Positions 8,183 through 18,100 of a stretch of 64,000 nucleotides of DNA are shown in pieces. Below the pieces are notes generated by a model, which was not told the DNA's origin, did no database searches, and saw only the letters and a program-made list of their open reading frames with translations. Each line of letters begins with the position of its first letter. Within the stretch, counting starts at the first letter, position 1. The translations under genes were made by a program, and so were the position numbers. This DNA is from a virus: IMG/VR virus record IMGVR_UViG_3300045988_143938. One strand, 5' to 3'.

Positions 8183-9540
8183 AATTTTTCCCAGTTTTCT
8201 TTTAACCATGTTATTTCATCATCGGTAAGTGTACGATTAAAGAGAAGAATATCGCCATGACAACCGACAAACTCTCCAGTAATCTGTCCTCCTATTGCTA
8301 ATACTTCACCGTCAGATGAATCACCGAAAGAGATAGGATTTCCGTTATAAGATTGCTTTGTCTGATAAGTTATGCCACTTTTATTTCTTAAATCGTCAAT
8401 TCCCGTTGCTTTTGAAAATGAAAAGGTTTCACTATTTAATGAAACATTGATTTTTTCAAAAGTAAATGCACAATTAGGCCAAATGTTCCCCTTATTAGCA
8501 AATACTCTATTCCCGTCATTCTCAAACCACGTCCTATCAGCAATAATAGTATAATCACTCAAGATAGGAAGTCCATAAGCAACCCCATAAGAACTACCAT
8601 TATAACATAACTGGTTGGGATAGTCGGGAATTTGGGTAACAGTAACTTTAGAGTCTTCTTTTAATGAGATAGAAATTTTTGATGCTACACCTGATGTCTC
8701 CGATTCCGACCCGGGGATTGTATATATTCCATCTTTAAATACATTAATTTCCTTTGACGTACCATTATCAATGTAGCCCAGCCTTAAATATTTGACTTTA
8801 TCGCTGAAACCCTTAACTTGTACATTAATAGAGTTAGACTTGGTACCGTATAAGGTAATATTTTTAACACCAGCGGTAGTAAACACGACTTGCTCAGGAG
8901 AAACCTCATCTGAATTACTATTAGTCCATTCCGTAAAATCAGCATGATATAACCCTATCCCGCTATCCAGTTTCCCTTTAAACTTATAGAGAAACAAATC
9001 ATGTCCATTGGCACTGAAATCTTTAGCTTTAGAGGTAGGAAGTTGGGTAATTTTGATATTGCATTCGCCGACAGCATTCGTCTTAAAACCAAAATAACGG
9101 GAATTATTCTTAAAGGTATATATGCCGTCTTTTTTAATTTCCCCTTTTCTTCCTGTATTATCTGAAACAATCAGAAATAAATCATCAGATACTCCAGTGA
9201 TATTAATAGTTAAATCAGAATAAGGTTCTTGTTTATCTTCAATAATATTATAAAGTTCTTTACTTTCAGTAATAAGAATTGTATTTTGAGTAACAGTTAC
9301 CGTACCCCTATTAGGAAACTTATCCCATGTAGTAAAGTCCTCTGCATAGCTTTCAATCACATCATATTCAGTCAGTCCTTGCTTGCGAGGAGAATACCAA
9401 CAAACAATACTGTATTTGAGACCGGACGGCCATGCAAGCCTATTACCGGAACGATCAGCAGGCAGCCCGATAGCAGAAAGACCCAAAGAGGGCATCCTAA
9501 ATTCAGGGATTCGGATAGGAGGAATATTGATTTGTTTCAT
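8179..9540 (-). CDS. tail/receptor-binding-type protein with LamG-like C-terminal domain
   Basis: C-terminal GDILLFNRTLTDDEITWLKENW resembles the end of concanavalin/LamG-like jelly-roll domains. Confidence 0.55.
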   Translation of the reverse strand: MKQINIPPIRIPEFRMPSLGLSAIGLPADRSGNRLAWPSGLKYSIVCWYSPRKQGLTEYDVIESYAEDFTTWDKFPNRGTVTVTQNTILITESKELYNIIEDKQEPYSDLTINITGVSDDLFLIVSDNTGRKGEIKKDGIYTFKNNSRYFGFKTNAVGECNIKITQLPTSKAKDFSANGHDLFLYKFKGKLDSGIGLYHADFTEWTNSNSDEVSPEQVVFTTAGVKNITLYGTKSNSINVQVKGFSDKVKYLRLGYIDNGTSKEINVFKDGIYTIPGSESETSGVASKISISLKEDSKVTVTQIPDYPNQLCYNGSSYGVAYGLPILSDYTIIADRTWFENDGNRVFANKGNIWPNCAFTFEKINVSLNSETFSFSKATGIDDLRNKSGITYQTKQSYNGNPISFGDSSDGEVLAIGGQITGEFVGCHGDILLFNRTLTDDEITWLKENWEKL

Positions 9541-9542
9541 TG

Positions 9543-9824
9543 TTACCCCTCCTTAACAACCTTAGCCTCCAACACTTCCGTAAACGATTCAACCGACACA
9601 TTAACCCCTGCCGGGACATCTACATTGAAAATCAAGTTGGCACTACCGTTGTACGGGCCATAGCCGCCTACGTAGATTGCATCCATGCCGTCAATGTTGG
9701 CATAGATATTTAGCGAACCTGCTTCTTGTCTCTTCACCTGTATGGTAACAGGCCCTTCGGATACGAAAGATGCTACGTACTTGTTTTCCTCGTTTTTACT
9801 GAATGATAAATCTGTTGCTGCCAT
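9543..9824 (-). CDS. hypothetical virion-associated protein
   Basis: ORF track, 93 aa, beta-rich. Confidence 0.55.
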   Translation of the reverse strand: MAATDLSFSKNEENKYVASFVSEGPVTIQVKRQEAGSLNIYANIDGMDAIYVGGYGPYNGSANLIFNVDVPAGVNVSVESFTEVLEAKVVKEG

Positions 9825-9862
9825 AATGCTTTTATTTAATTGTTAATAATTATCCTTTATAA

Positions 9863-10447
9863 TTACGATTCAAATCCCAAATATTTCATAATACCCCACA
9901 CATGAAGCGAGACAATAGCCCTTTTACCTTCCTCGGACAACAAGAACTCCACATCCTCCCTATTATCCTGGAACAGATTCTCAGTAAGAACAGCCGGACA
10001 ATTCGTGTGCCTCAGTATGTAAAACTGTGATTCTTTGTCAGGATCACCATCTGCCATATCTTTGCGCATTTTCATTCCCGGCAAACAGTGTTCAGCACCC
10101 TCGTACAGACAAGTAGCCAATTTATCAGCCTTTGTTTTGCCAACACTGGTCCATGCTTCCCAACCGCGGGCAGACATCCAATCACTTCCATTACCGGCAG
10201 CATTGCAGTGAATAGAAACAAGTATAGCCTGTGTAGGCTTGTATTCATTCGCTCTCCGGCAACGTTCGGATAACGGCACATCTATTTCTTCTTTTACAAT
10301 TCGTTCCGCATCAATTCCGTTCTTTCTAAGCTCCATCATCAGACGTTCAGCTATCTCACGAGTATAAGCATACTCCCTCAACCGGCCGTCCGGAGAACGC
10401 TTGCCAGGAGTGTTACTGCCATGCCCGTTGTCAATCAAGACTTTCAT
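9863..10447 (-). CDS. N-acetylmuramoyl-L-alanine amidase (Amidase_3-type endolysin)
   Basis: VLIDNGHG...PLSERCRRAN...ILVSIHCNAAGNG...ARGWE pattern. Confidence 0.85.
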   Translation of the reverse strand: MKVLIDNGHGSNTPGKRSPDGRLREYAYTREIAERLMMELRKNGIDAERIVKEEIDVPLSERCRRANEYKPTQAILVSIHCNAAGNGSDWMSARGWEAWTSVGKTKADKLATCLYEGAEHCLPGMKMRKDMADGDPDKESQFYILRHTNCPAVLTENLFQDNREDVEFLLSEEGKRAIVSLHVWGIMKYLGFES

Positions 10448-10911
10448 TTCTTTTCCTCCTTATCTTTCGTTATTATCTCACTAACATCTTCTTTATCAAC
10501 ATTAAAAACCTTTTTGCAGAATACGCCCAAAGCCTTTAATACATTAAAATCATACCCTTTAGGCTTTAATATGTTGCTTATAATAGAGCAAAACTCTATG
10601 AAGCACACAAAGAGACAGGAATATATATCAATGTTCCACTTGTCTCCGGAAGCAATGTTTATCATCACAACCATGCAGACAAAGGCAAAGTAAGTTACCA
10701 TTTTACCCATAGTACGGCGTATGGCTCCGGAGAAACGTACTTCCTCATTCATTAATAAACTCTTCCTAACTCCAAATGCCAAATCGCAGATAATAACTGA
10801 AAATGATACTATCAGCCAAGGTATCATGTGCTCCAATGACTGCATAATAAAGCTGCTTGCTATCACCGCGAATCCACCCGGTATGCTTTGGGTAACAATG
10901 TTTTCTTTCAT
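10444..10911 (-). CDS. holin (Phage_holin_4-like)
   Basis: Multi-TM; ICDLAFGVRKS...FIEFCSIISNILKPKG pattern; 4-nt overlap with the amidase gene. Confidence 0.7.
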   Translation of the reverse strand: MKENIVTQSIPGGFAVIASSFIMQSLEHMIPWLIVSFSVIICDLAFGVRKSLLMNEEVRFSGAIRRTMGKMVTYFAFVCMVVMINIASGDKWNIDIYSCLFVCFIEFCSIISNILKPKGYDFNVLKALGVFCKKVFNVDKEDVSEIITKDKEEKK

Positions 10912-11019
10912 TTTATCGTTATGTTTAAATTTCTTCTTATCTTTGTATCATTCATAGTATCAGAACTAATTACTACTGCATCCCCGTTTGGCTCGTGAGA
11001 GTGGAACGGGGAGTTGTTG

Positions 11020-11724
11020 TTATTTGGAAGTCCAACCTACTGAACCATGATAATAATTTAATGCGCCGTTCCATATAGCCTTTCCGCTTCGGTTGAAGTT
11101 CATTTCAACCGTAGTGTTTATATTACCTGTCTTTATATTGTATAGTATATCCTGAAAATAGAACCAAACATATTTAGAGCCATTAGCAGGAACGGATATA
11201 CTTGTAACTCCACCCGATACACTTCCCGGCTCCTTTTCAAACATATATGTTGGATACTTATCTATATCTCCGTCATAGAATTGATATGCCCTGAAATCAT
11301 TCCTCTTAAATGTTGCTGAGAAATTAGACGTATTTGTCAACTTAACTCTGATGAGAAGCTCACCCGTAGTATTACTCATCACCATGTTTCCTGAGAACTC
11401 GTCAGTACATTCGTTCGCTCTGTAATATTCATGACCGAATGAAGGACTGAAAGCAATATCATTACCCGGATTGTCAATACCGCCACCGCCTTCTTCTGCA
11501 TTGGAAGAAACGTTTAGATACATTATTGCCGGATTAAAGTCACCCTGTTTAGGCAACGGTATGAAATAAAACTTCCCGCTATTGTAATAGTACATACATA
11601 GATATATGCGATATCTGTAAGCGGGCTGCATCTGATCTAATCCGTCTATTCTAAAGGTTATGTAATCACTCTGCAAGTTTCCGTAAGAATCAAGTATTGT
11701 ATCCGAACTTTCTGAATATTCCAA
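11020..11724 (-). CDS. distal part of second receptor-binding cassette
   Basis: IYLCMYYY... region parallels YLCLGLL... of the 377-aa paralog; follows 11735-12280 after a 10-nt gap. Confidence 0.5.
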   Translation of the reverse strand: MEYSESSDTILDSYGNLQSDYITFRIDGLDQMQPAYRYRIYLCMYYYNSGKFYFIPLPKQGDFNPAIMYLNVSSNAEEGGGGIDNPGNDIAFSPSFGHEYYRANECTDEFSGNMVMSNTTGELLIRVKLTNTSNFSATFKRNDFRAYQFYDGDIDKYPTYMFEKEPGSVSGGVTSISVPANGSKYVWFYFQDILYNIKTGNINTTVEMNFNRSGKAIWNGALNYYHGSVGWTSK

Positions 11725-11734
11725 TATGTTATCA

Positions 11735-12280
11735 TTATAATCGCACAGAACCCCCCTCGAAATAGCATTCTCTTAAATCAATTTTGCCTTCAATAAGGTC
11801 ATAGGCTTGCAAGTTATAAGTGCTATCATCCGGGTCTAAATCAAAGTTGATATCTAAGAATGATTGCGATGTGTTGTTTATTTCCCAACCACTGGCAGGA
11901 TATACTGCCTGTATCGGAGGAACGGCATCTGTGTAATAATTCTTAAAATCAGAAAGTCTAAAAGGCTCATTCTCACCCCCTACGGGAAGCCTATATTTCC
12001 AGTCTCCATGCGCTGCTTGGATAATATATTCTTGCTCAAAGCTGGAGAAAGCGTACGTATCAATGGTTATGCCATGCCCGACACTTCTTCTGTCTGCGTC
12101 GGAAATGTCAAATAATGCTGGATATGCTACGGGTTTATATCTTGAGAACTTATTCAAGTTTGCATCCGCGGTAAAGTAACTTGGCGCATAATTGATATTA
12201 ACACTGCCTCCTGCATCACGCAGAACCGCACCTACTTCGGAGCTTAAATCGACATCGGTATTAGGTACAATAGCCATATC
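11735..12280 (-). CDS. receptor-binding protein paralog B (N-terminal module)
   Basis: MAIVPNTDVDLSSEVGAVLRDAGGSVNINYAPSYFTADAN closely matches N-terminus of 14009-15142; track start 12400 probably too far upstream. Confidence 0.55.
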   Translation of the reverse strand, partial: DMAIVPNTDVDLSSEVGAVLRDAGGSVNINYAPSYFTADANLNKFSRYKPVAYPALFDISDADRRSVGHGITIDTYAFSSFEQEYIIQAAHGDWKYRLPVGGENEPFRLSDFKNYYTDAVPPIQAVYPASGWEINNTSQSFLDINFDLDPDDSTYNLQAYDLIEGKIDLRECYFEGGSVRL

Positions 12281-12424
12281 ATACCTCCTTCCGTATAATG
12301 GTGATACCACCAGTAACAGCAATAGACATATCACTGCCACCGTCAATCTCGTAGTCTCCATGTACGACCCTGTCCGCTTCATATAGGCTTTCATCTGCAT
12401 AACAATTCCAATTAGTGGATATTA

Positions 12425-12433
12425 CCCCCCCCC
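12425..12433. repeat. C9/G9 homopolymer tract
   Basis: Nine consecutive C on plus strand in the 230-nt gap upstream of paralog B. Confidence 0.9.
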
Positions 12434-12513
12434 AGCAAACTATTGATAATCAATAGATTACCAACTACCAACAAATCAACCTTTACCTTTTTCATGACAC
12501 AACCCCTTTCTGA

Positions 12514-12978
12514 CTACTGAACCATTACTTCTTGGATTGTGATTATATCATCTACCTTGAAGTCATTGCTGGAGATGAATTTACCGAAAGCATCTTCTGA
12601 TAGTTTTTCATATTCCAATTCATGCTTCCTTTCCCTTTCTTCTTTCAGGCACTCTTCCACATTCTTGTTAAATTCGTAGAAGAACATGTTGACTTCCTTG
12701 CGTTCATCTTCTGTCAAAGTGGTTTTACCACCTTCCTCATTCCATTGCAGAGCTTTCTTCTGCATCTCCTCGAAGTTTTCCCCTTTTAACTTTTCCTGCA
12801 CGTCTTTTTTTAAATCTTCAAAGTCGGCCGCAATAGGTTTGAACTTTCTTACCGCCTTAATCACAATGAACTTATCCTTATCTTCCATTTTGGTAAGTTT
12901 GCTATCATTAAGGAGCTTATATACTGACTTGACGGTGTCTGTTGTAATTTCATTTTTTGATTTTTTATTTTCGCTCAT
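12514..12978 (-). CDS. hypothetical Lys/Glu-rich protein
   Basis: ORF track, 154 aa. Confidence 0.6.
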   Translation of the reverse strand: MSENKKSKNEITTDTVKSVYKLLNDSKLTKMEDKDKFIVIKAVRKFKPIAADFEDLKKDVQEKLKGENFEEMQKKALQWNEEGGKTTLTEDERKEVNMFFYEFNKNVEECLKEERERKHELEYEKLSEDAFGKFISSNDFKVDDIITIQEVMVQ

Positions 12979-13005
12979 TTTATTATTCTTTTAATGTTTG
13001 TACAA

Positions 13006-13338
13006 TTACAATGAAACAGGCTGTGCAGTAGCTATCTTGGCTTTCGTGTCGGCAATAAAGGTATTGACGGCCGCAGTAATCTCGCATTGTTCCTGCTTGT
13101 CTCCCACGTTATGGTTGATGCTCAGGTTCTCGTTGCCGTAGCTGTTGAAAGTAGCCACCTGTGAGCCGTCTTTCTTCACTGTGCCTGAATTGATGTTACC
13201 TACAATGCCGTTGTTTATCTCGGCATCCGCTTCAATGTCATAGACCTTAGATTCGTCTACGGAGTTATTTACTCTTACTGTTGCTCTCACTAACTTTTCA
13301 TAAGCCACTTTTTCAGCAGCGGTTGTTGATGTACTCAT
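13006..13338 (-). CDS. hypothetical protein
   Basis: ORF track, 110 aa. Confidence 0.6.
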   Translation of the reverse strand: MSTSTTAAEKVAYEKLVRATVRVNNSVDESKVYDIEADAEINNGIVGNINSGTVKKDGSQVATFNSYGNENLSINHNVGDKQEQCEITAAVNTFIADTKAKIATAQPVSL

Positions 13339-13360
13339 AACTTTTGTTTTTATTGGTTTA

Positions 13361-13606
13361 TTATTCTACTATTTCAATCTCTTCAATCTGAAAGAAGTAC
13401 GTGTAATATCCTTTGAACTCACAGTACCAGTATGCGCGCCTTTCCTGCATGGCACTATCGTAGTCAGTTCCTTTCTTGAAAGCTTCAATCATTCTTTCAA
13501 GAGCTTTGTCTGCGTCCTCTGATTTCAAGTAATATTCTCTGTCGTACAGTTCGTCAACACCGATGTCAGGTGCGTGGTATTTGCTTAAAACTAAGTATGC
13601 TTTCAT
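13361..13606 (-). CDS. hypothetical protein
   Basis: ORF track, 81 aa. Confidence 0.55.
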   Translation of the reverse strand: MKAYLVLSKYHAPDIGVDELYDREYYLKSEDADKALERMIEAFKKGTDYDSAMQERRAYWYCEFKGYYTYFFQIEEIEIVE

Positions 13607-13607
13607 G

Positions 13608-13997
13608 CTATTCGATTATTATCATATTGTCATTTGCATCTACTTGCATCGATGCGATTTTCATTTGGGAAAGGCCGATTATTCCCAGTATCTCTATCCC
13701 GGTCTCACGCTCTATGCTGTTTCTCACGCCTGATATGTCGGTAATGAGGAACTGCGGAATATCTTTCCCGCCAAACCGCACAAGCGTATTGCAGTAATAC
13801 ACATCTTCCATTTCACCGCCAGCGCCAACAAGAGAGCCGGGGTATTTGCGTCCTCTCACGATGTCGAACTTCTTTACCTTGTCCTCGGCAATAAGCCCAA
13901 CACTCGCACCTGTATCGATAAGGAAGAAGCCTTTCTTTCCGTTTACCTCGGCTTCAATGATAAGCCGCTTGTCTGATAATGATTTGAACTGTTTCAT
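13608..13997 (-). CDS. retropepsin-like (clan AA) aspartic protease
   Basis: FFLIDTGASVGLI (D-T-G-A active-site motif) and ILGIIGLSQM flap/dimer motif; single 129-aa domain. Confidence 0.7.
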   Translation of the reverse strand: MKQFKSLSDKRLIIEAEVNGKKGFFLIDTGASVGLIAEDKVKKFDIVRGRKYPGSLVGAGGEMEDVYYCNTLVRFGGKDIPQFLITDISGVRNSIERETGIEILGIIGLSQMKIASMQVDANDNMIIIE

Positions 13998-14008
13998 GGT
14001 CTATTACA

Positions 14009-15142
14009 TTAATAATTCTGTATATCTACTGTTTGAGATAGCGTTTGTCCATTGATTACGACAGTTACATTCACTTTCTTTGCTCCGTCAAAATTGGATA
14101 TTTGAGAACCAAGATATGACTTACCGAAACTAAGGTAGGTATCGGCGTCAATGTACTCGTTGTAAGTAAATGTGTTTATAACAGATTCATACTGAGTATA
14201 TATAGTAACCTTGATATCGGCCGATAATCTACTGTTGGTATTATTGTATATCTTGCAGTTTACAGATATTACCTTTGTTCCGGTGCTAATCTTAGTAGCG
14301 CTTAATTCTTTTAATTCTACTGGTGGCGCGTAATTCTTCAATGTAACCTCACCGTATGTGAATGTTAACGGCGTGAAGAAACCGGACGTAGGAGCCGCAC
14401 TTGAACCTACATCCTTAACGCTCGAAACAAAGAGGAATGATTTATATTTTCCAGCAGCATGGAGAACCCTATCAAATACGAATATAGCATTACCCGGATA
14501 ATTGCCTATTGTTGGGTCATCAGCGACAGAAGCGTTACCAGTAGCCATATAAAACTCTGTACTACCAATCTTTAGCAGTCCGAGACATAAATAGCTATTT
14601 CTCCAATCACCAACTACACTACCTCCCGAATTAATATAATAGAGATCGGCTAATGTAAGGTTGTATTGCTGAGACGGTTGTACGTTAACAGGAACCGTTA
14701 TTGAAAAGGCGGTTGTGCTGTCAGCCATCATTACAGAGTCATTATAAGGTAAGTATGGCTGTACAGCTTCGGTGTAATATCCCCTGAAATCTTCAAGTCT
14801 TAGGGGTTCCGAAGTGCCACCGACTGGAGGTATATAGGCAAAATAAGGAGTATCACAATTTCCAGCAAGAGGCGAGCCGTTACGAACATAATCAGCCATG
14901 TAGTTGACATTGTCCCAATACGGCACATTAGATAATCCCCAGTTTCTTGAACTGCGCTCATTATCGGTTACGTTAAAGTTTTTCGGGTATTTGAACGGCT
15001 TATACTTCGCCCATTCTCTAATATTTGCATCCGCCGTAAAAAAGCTTGGCGCATAATTGATATTAACATTACCCCCTGCATCTCTCAGCACCGCACTGAT
15101 GTTGTTTGACAGGTTAATATTGGTATCGGGTATTATTGCCAT
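14009..15142 (-). CDS. receptor-binding protein paralog A
   Basis: Start overlaps fibre stop; N-terminus shared with 11735-12280. Confidence 0.65.
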   Translation of the reverse strand: MAIIPDTNINLSNNISAVLRDAGGNVNINYAPSFFTADANIREWAKYKPFKYPKNFNVTDNERSSRNWGLSNVPYWDNVNYMADYVRNGSPLAGNCDTPYFAYIPPVGGTSEPLRLEDFRGYYTEAVQPYLPYNDSVMMADSTTAFSITVPVNVQPSQQYNLTLADLYYINSGGSVVGDWRNSYLCLGLLKIGSTEFYMATGNASVADDPTIGNYPGNAIFVFDRVLHAAGKYKSFLFVSSVKDVGSSAAPTSGFFTPLTFTYGEVTLKNYAPPVELKELSATKISTGTKVISVNCKIYNNTNSRLSADIKVTIYTQYESVINTFTYNEYIDADTYLSFGKSYLGSQISNFDGAKKVNVTVVINGQTLSQTVDIQNY

Positions 15143-18100
15143 TATGCTGCCCTCCTTTCCAGTTCGATAATACGGTTCATCATTTCTTTATTGCTATCTT
15201 TCAGCTCCTTGTTCTCTCTTTCAAGAAACTCTATTCTCGTTTCGTGGTTATTGAAATCCTCTATCAAAAATCTTTGGAAATGCTTTGCCATAGACAGTAC
15301 GCATGTAGTTGCAAGCACATCATAACTCATTGTGAAGAAGCCCTCATTGTCTGTGTCTGTCACCTGTGGAAGAAATGCGTTCCAATACTGGGCGCTCGTT
15401 CCTGCTCTGACCTTGTATTTTTCATCTGTCTTGAAAGTGTAATCGAAAAGGTCAGCGTTTGCCATTACGTCAAGAGGTACGATGATGCTGTTCAGGACGT
15501 TCTTCTTTCTTAAGTCGGAGTACATGGTTATTCCGCCATAGGTGAGAAGATTACCCGGGCAAATAGTATTGCCACTTCCATCCAGCAGAGTTAAAGTTCT
15601 TGTAATTGACGCAAACTTACCTGTGTATTGCCTTACATAGATAGGCTCTGTGCCGTCATCCGCTGTTGCAATCTCTACCCAGCCTTGATTTGACGGGCCA
15701 CCGCACCTAATACGGAATAAATCATTATCTGCCATTTGCTGGTATAGCAAGTTACGCTCGCTGCCGCCTGAAAGAATTTCGAAGTAGATAGTTCCAGCTA
15801 CTCCAACATCTCCGTTTACATAAAGCTTGTTACCTGATGTCGATAAACTGCCTATGCCGACGTTGCCGCCACCAAAGCACATTGTTATACCTCTTGATGT
15901 ATTATATTGGAGGTGTAATTCGCTGCCATAATTATTTATCTCACTATTTCTTTCGCTATCATTTCCGTTGTTATCTGTCTCAATGCAGATAGCGTTAAAT
16001 TTAGCTCCTCCTGTTACATTGTTTGTACCGTCAAAAGGCTTGCTGAATATTGTGCGAGGAGTTTGCAGCTTAGTGGCGGACGCTACATTGTCTCCAAGTG
16101 TAGCGAGAGTCCCACTTGAGGTAGGTAGGTGTAATGTATTTTGATAATCTCCTTGCGACATTATTCTGCAAGAAAAGTCACTACTCACACCTTGCTCTTC
16201 ATGGAAATCTATATACTTTCCTATTTCCAATACGCCGTCTCCTCCGATGTAACATATTGAATTCCATTGTCCTTGATTTAAATGTTTGCCGTCCAACAAA
16301 TCCGCATCCAGCCCTGAACCTGAACCATCGTTGCCGGCATGCCAAACTTTATAATTATTAGACCCTAAAAGAATATTTACGTCTCCGCTTACCCAGTCTT
16401 GATTAATATCGGTTTTAGCTATTCTTAGGTTACCGTCTCCGTCTGTGAAGTTAATTCCAATTCTATTGGAATCTGCGTTATTAAAACTGATAGCAGACTT
16501 GGTTCTTGGAATAGATATAAGGTCAATGCCGGAATCTGCGTTAAATAACAGTTTTCCCGTCATCGTATCCCCTGCCTTGTTGACGTAGCGATTATCTGTA
16601 TAATGAAGATAGTTAACTTCATCAAGAAGCATTCGCCAGCTTTTCTTATCATCACCCCATCCTGATCTAAATTGTATGCCATTAGGTCCATCATTAGGAT
16701 CTGACGAAGAGTGAGTAGAATATAATTGGAATCTTGAAGATCCAGCTATAAAAGATGTTACTTGTCCATAACCATGTCTTTTAATAGTAACTCCGTCTGG
16801 AAAAGCATTCAAATAAGTAAATGTTCCAAGTTTTTGCCACATGAAATCATCACCATCGTCAGTTGTGTAACCAAAATATCGGAAAAATCTTCCATCAGCA
16901 TCAGACTGTGTATACGCATCCGTAATCCCATATCCCCCCAGCGTAGTAGGATGAGAGGACAACTCACTGAACGAATAACTCGGCTTGTTCGGCTGCTTGG
17001 CCCAAGAATACACGTCACTTGCTGGCAATGTGGTTGGGTAATTAGGTAATGTAATAAGCTTTGTGGTTTCATCAGGAGAATAGGTTGTTCCGTTAAGGAT
17101 AATCCCGTCTACCGAACCACCGCCAACACCGCCTATTACGCTTAATACACCACCCTCTTTGGATAATGTAGTATTGTCAATCGGAAGCGCATCAAGAATG
17201 GTAGATGCCGTATGACTGCCTTGTGCAAACATGGTAAGACTACCTGTCAAAATCAAATCACCGTCTAACTCAACCACTCCGTCAGAATGCTTCTTCACAA
17301 GTATATCACCGATATTCAAGCCATTTATAAACGACTTGATACCTGTAATGTCCTGTGCACCTGATTTGGTTACGTAATCGGCTAATAGCCCGGATATGTC
17401 GTTTTTGGTGTAGGCGTCTGTGATGCCATAGCCTGCAATAGTAGTAGGCTTGTTCTGTATCTCACTGAAATCATAGGCCGGTTTGGTGGCACCTATCCAT
17501 GAGGGTTTGTCCGAAACATTCTCCCAATTGGTAGGGAACACTGACGGTTTACCGCCAATTTCATCCCATGAGTAAGAGGGCTTTGTACTACCTATCCAGC
17601 TGGGTTTTCCTGATATGTTGCCCCATTCAAGCGAAGTCGGATAATTAGGCAAGGTGATTATTCCGTCCTCATTAGGAGTGTAGGTATTACCATTAACCAC
17701 TATACCGTTAGCAGTACCCTTTCCACCTGTTGCGACAAGCTTTCCGTCAACCCATTGGATTGTCACACCGTCTATTGGGAGACCTTCGTAGATTGAAGGG
17801 ACTTGAACGTCTGCGCCTGAGTACATGGTTACTCCGTAGGCGGTAATCAACGGTTTGGTTAAGAACAAGTATTCCTTTCCGTTGTCGTCAACCCTCTCTT
17901 CAAGGTTTCTGTCCCAAACTACTTTGTCGAGCTTCTTTCTATATTGTTTGCTTAGTTCGCTTTGTGATGAAAACTTATTATTTACAGATGTTTCAATCTC
18001 ACTAATCTGTCCTTGTATTCTTTCAAGGGTGCTTGCGCTTGGCTCATTATTAAGAGTTACTTCAAATGTCGGTATCAACCCTTCTCCCTCTTTTATAGAG

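Noticed and set aside
12281-12513. The possibility that length changes in the G9 tract fuse the upstream mini-ORF to receptor-binding paralogue B.
   Set aside because: I translated the +1 and -1 tract variants. One hits TAA immediately and the other enters a frame different from the downstream gene, so no fusion is possible. Only a promoter or leader effect remains plausible.
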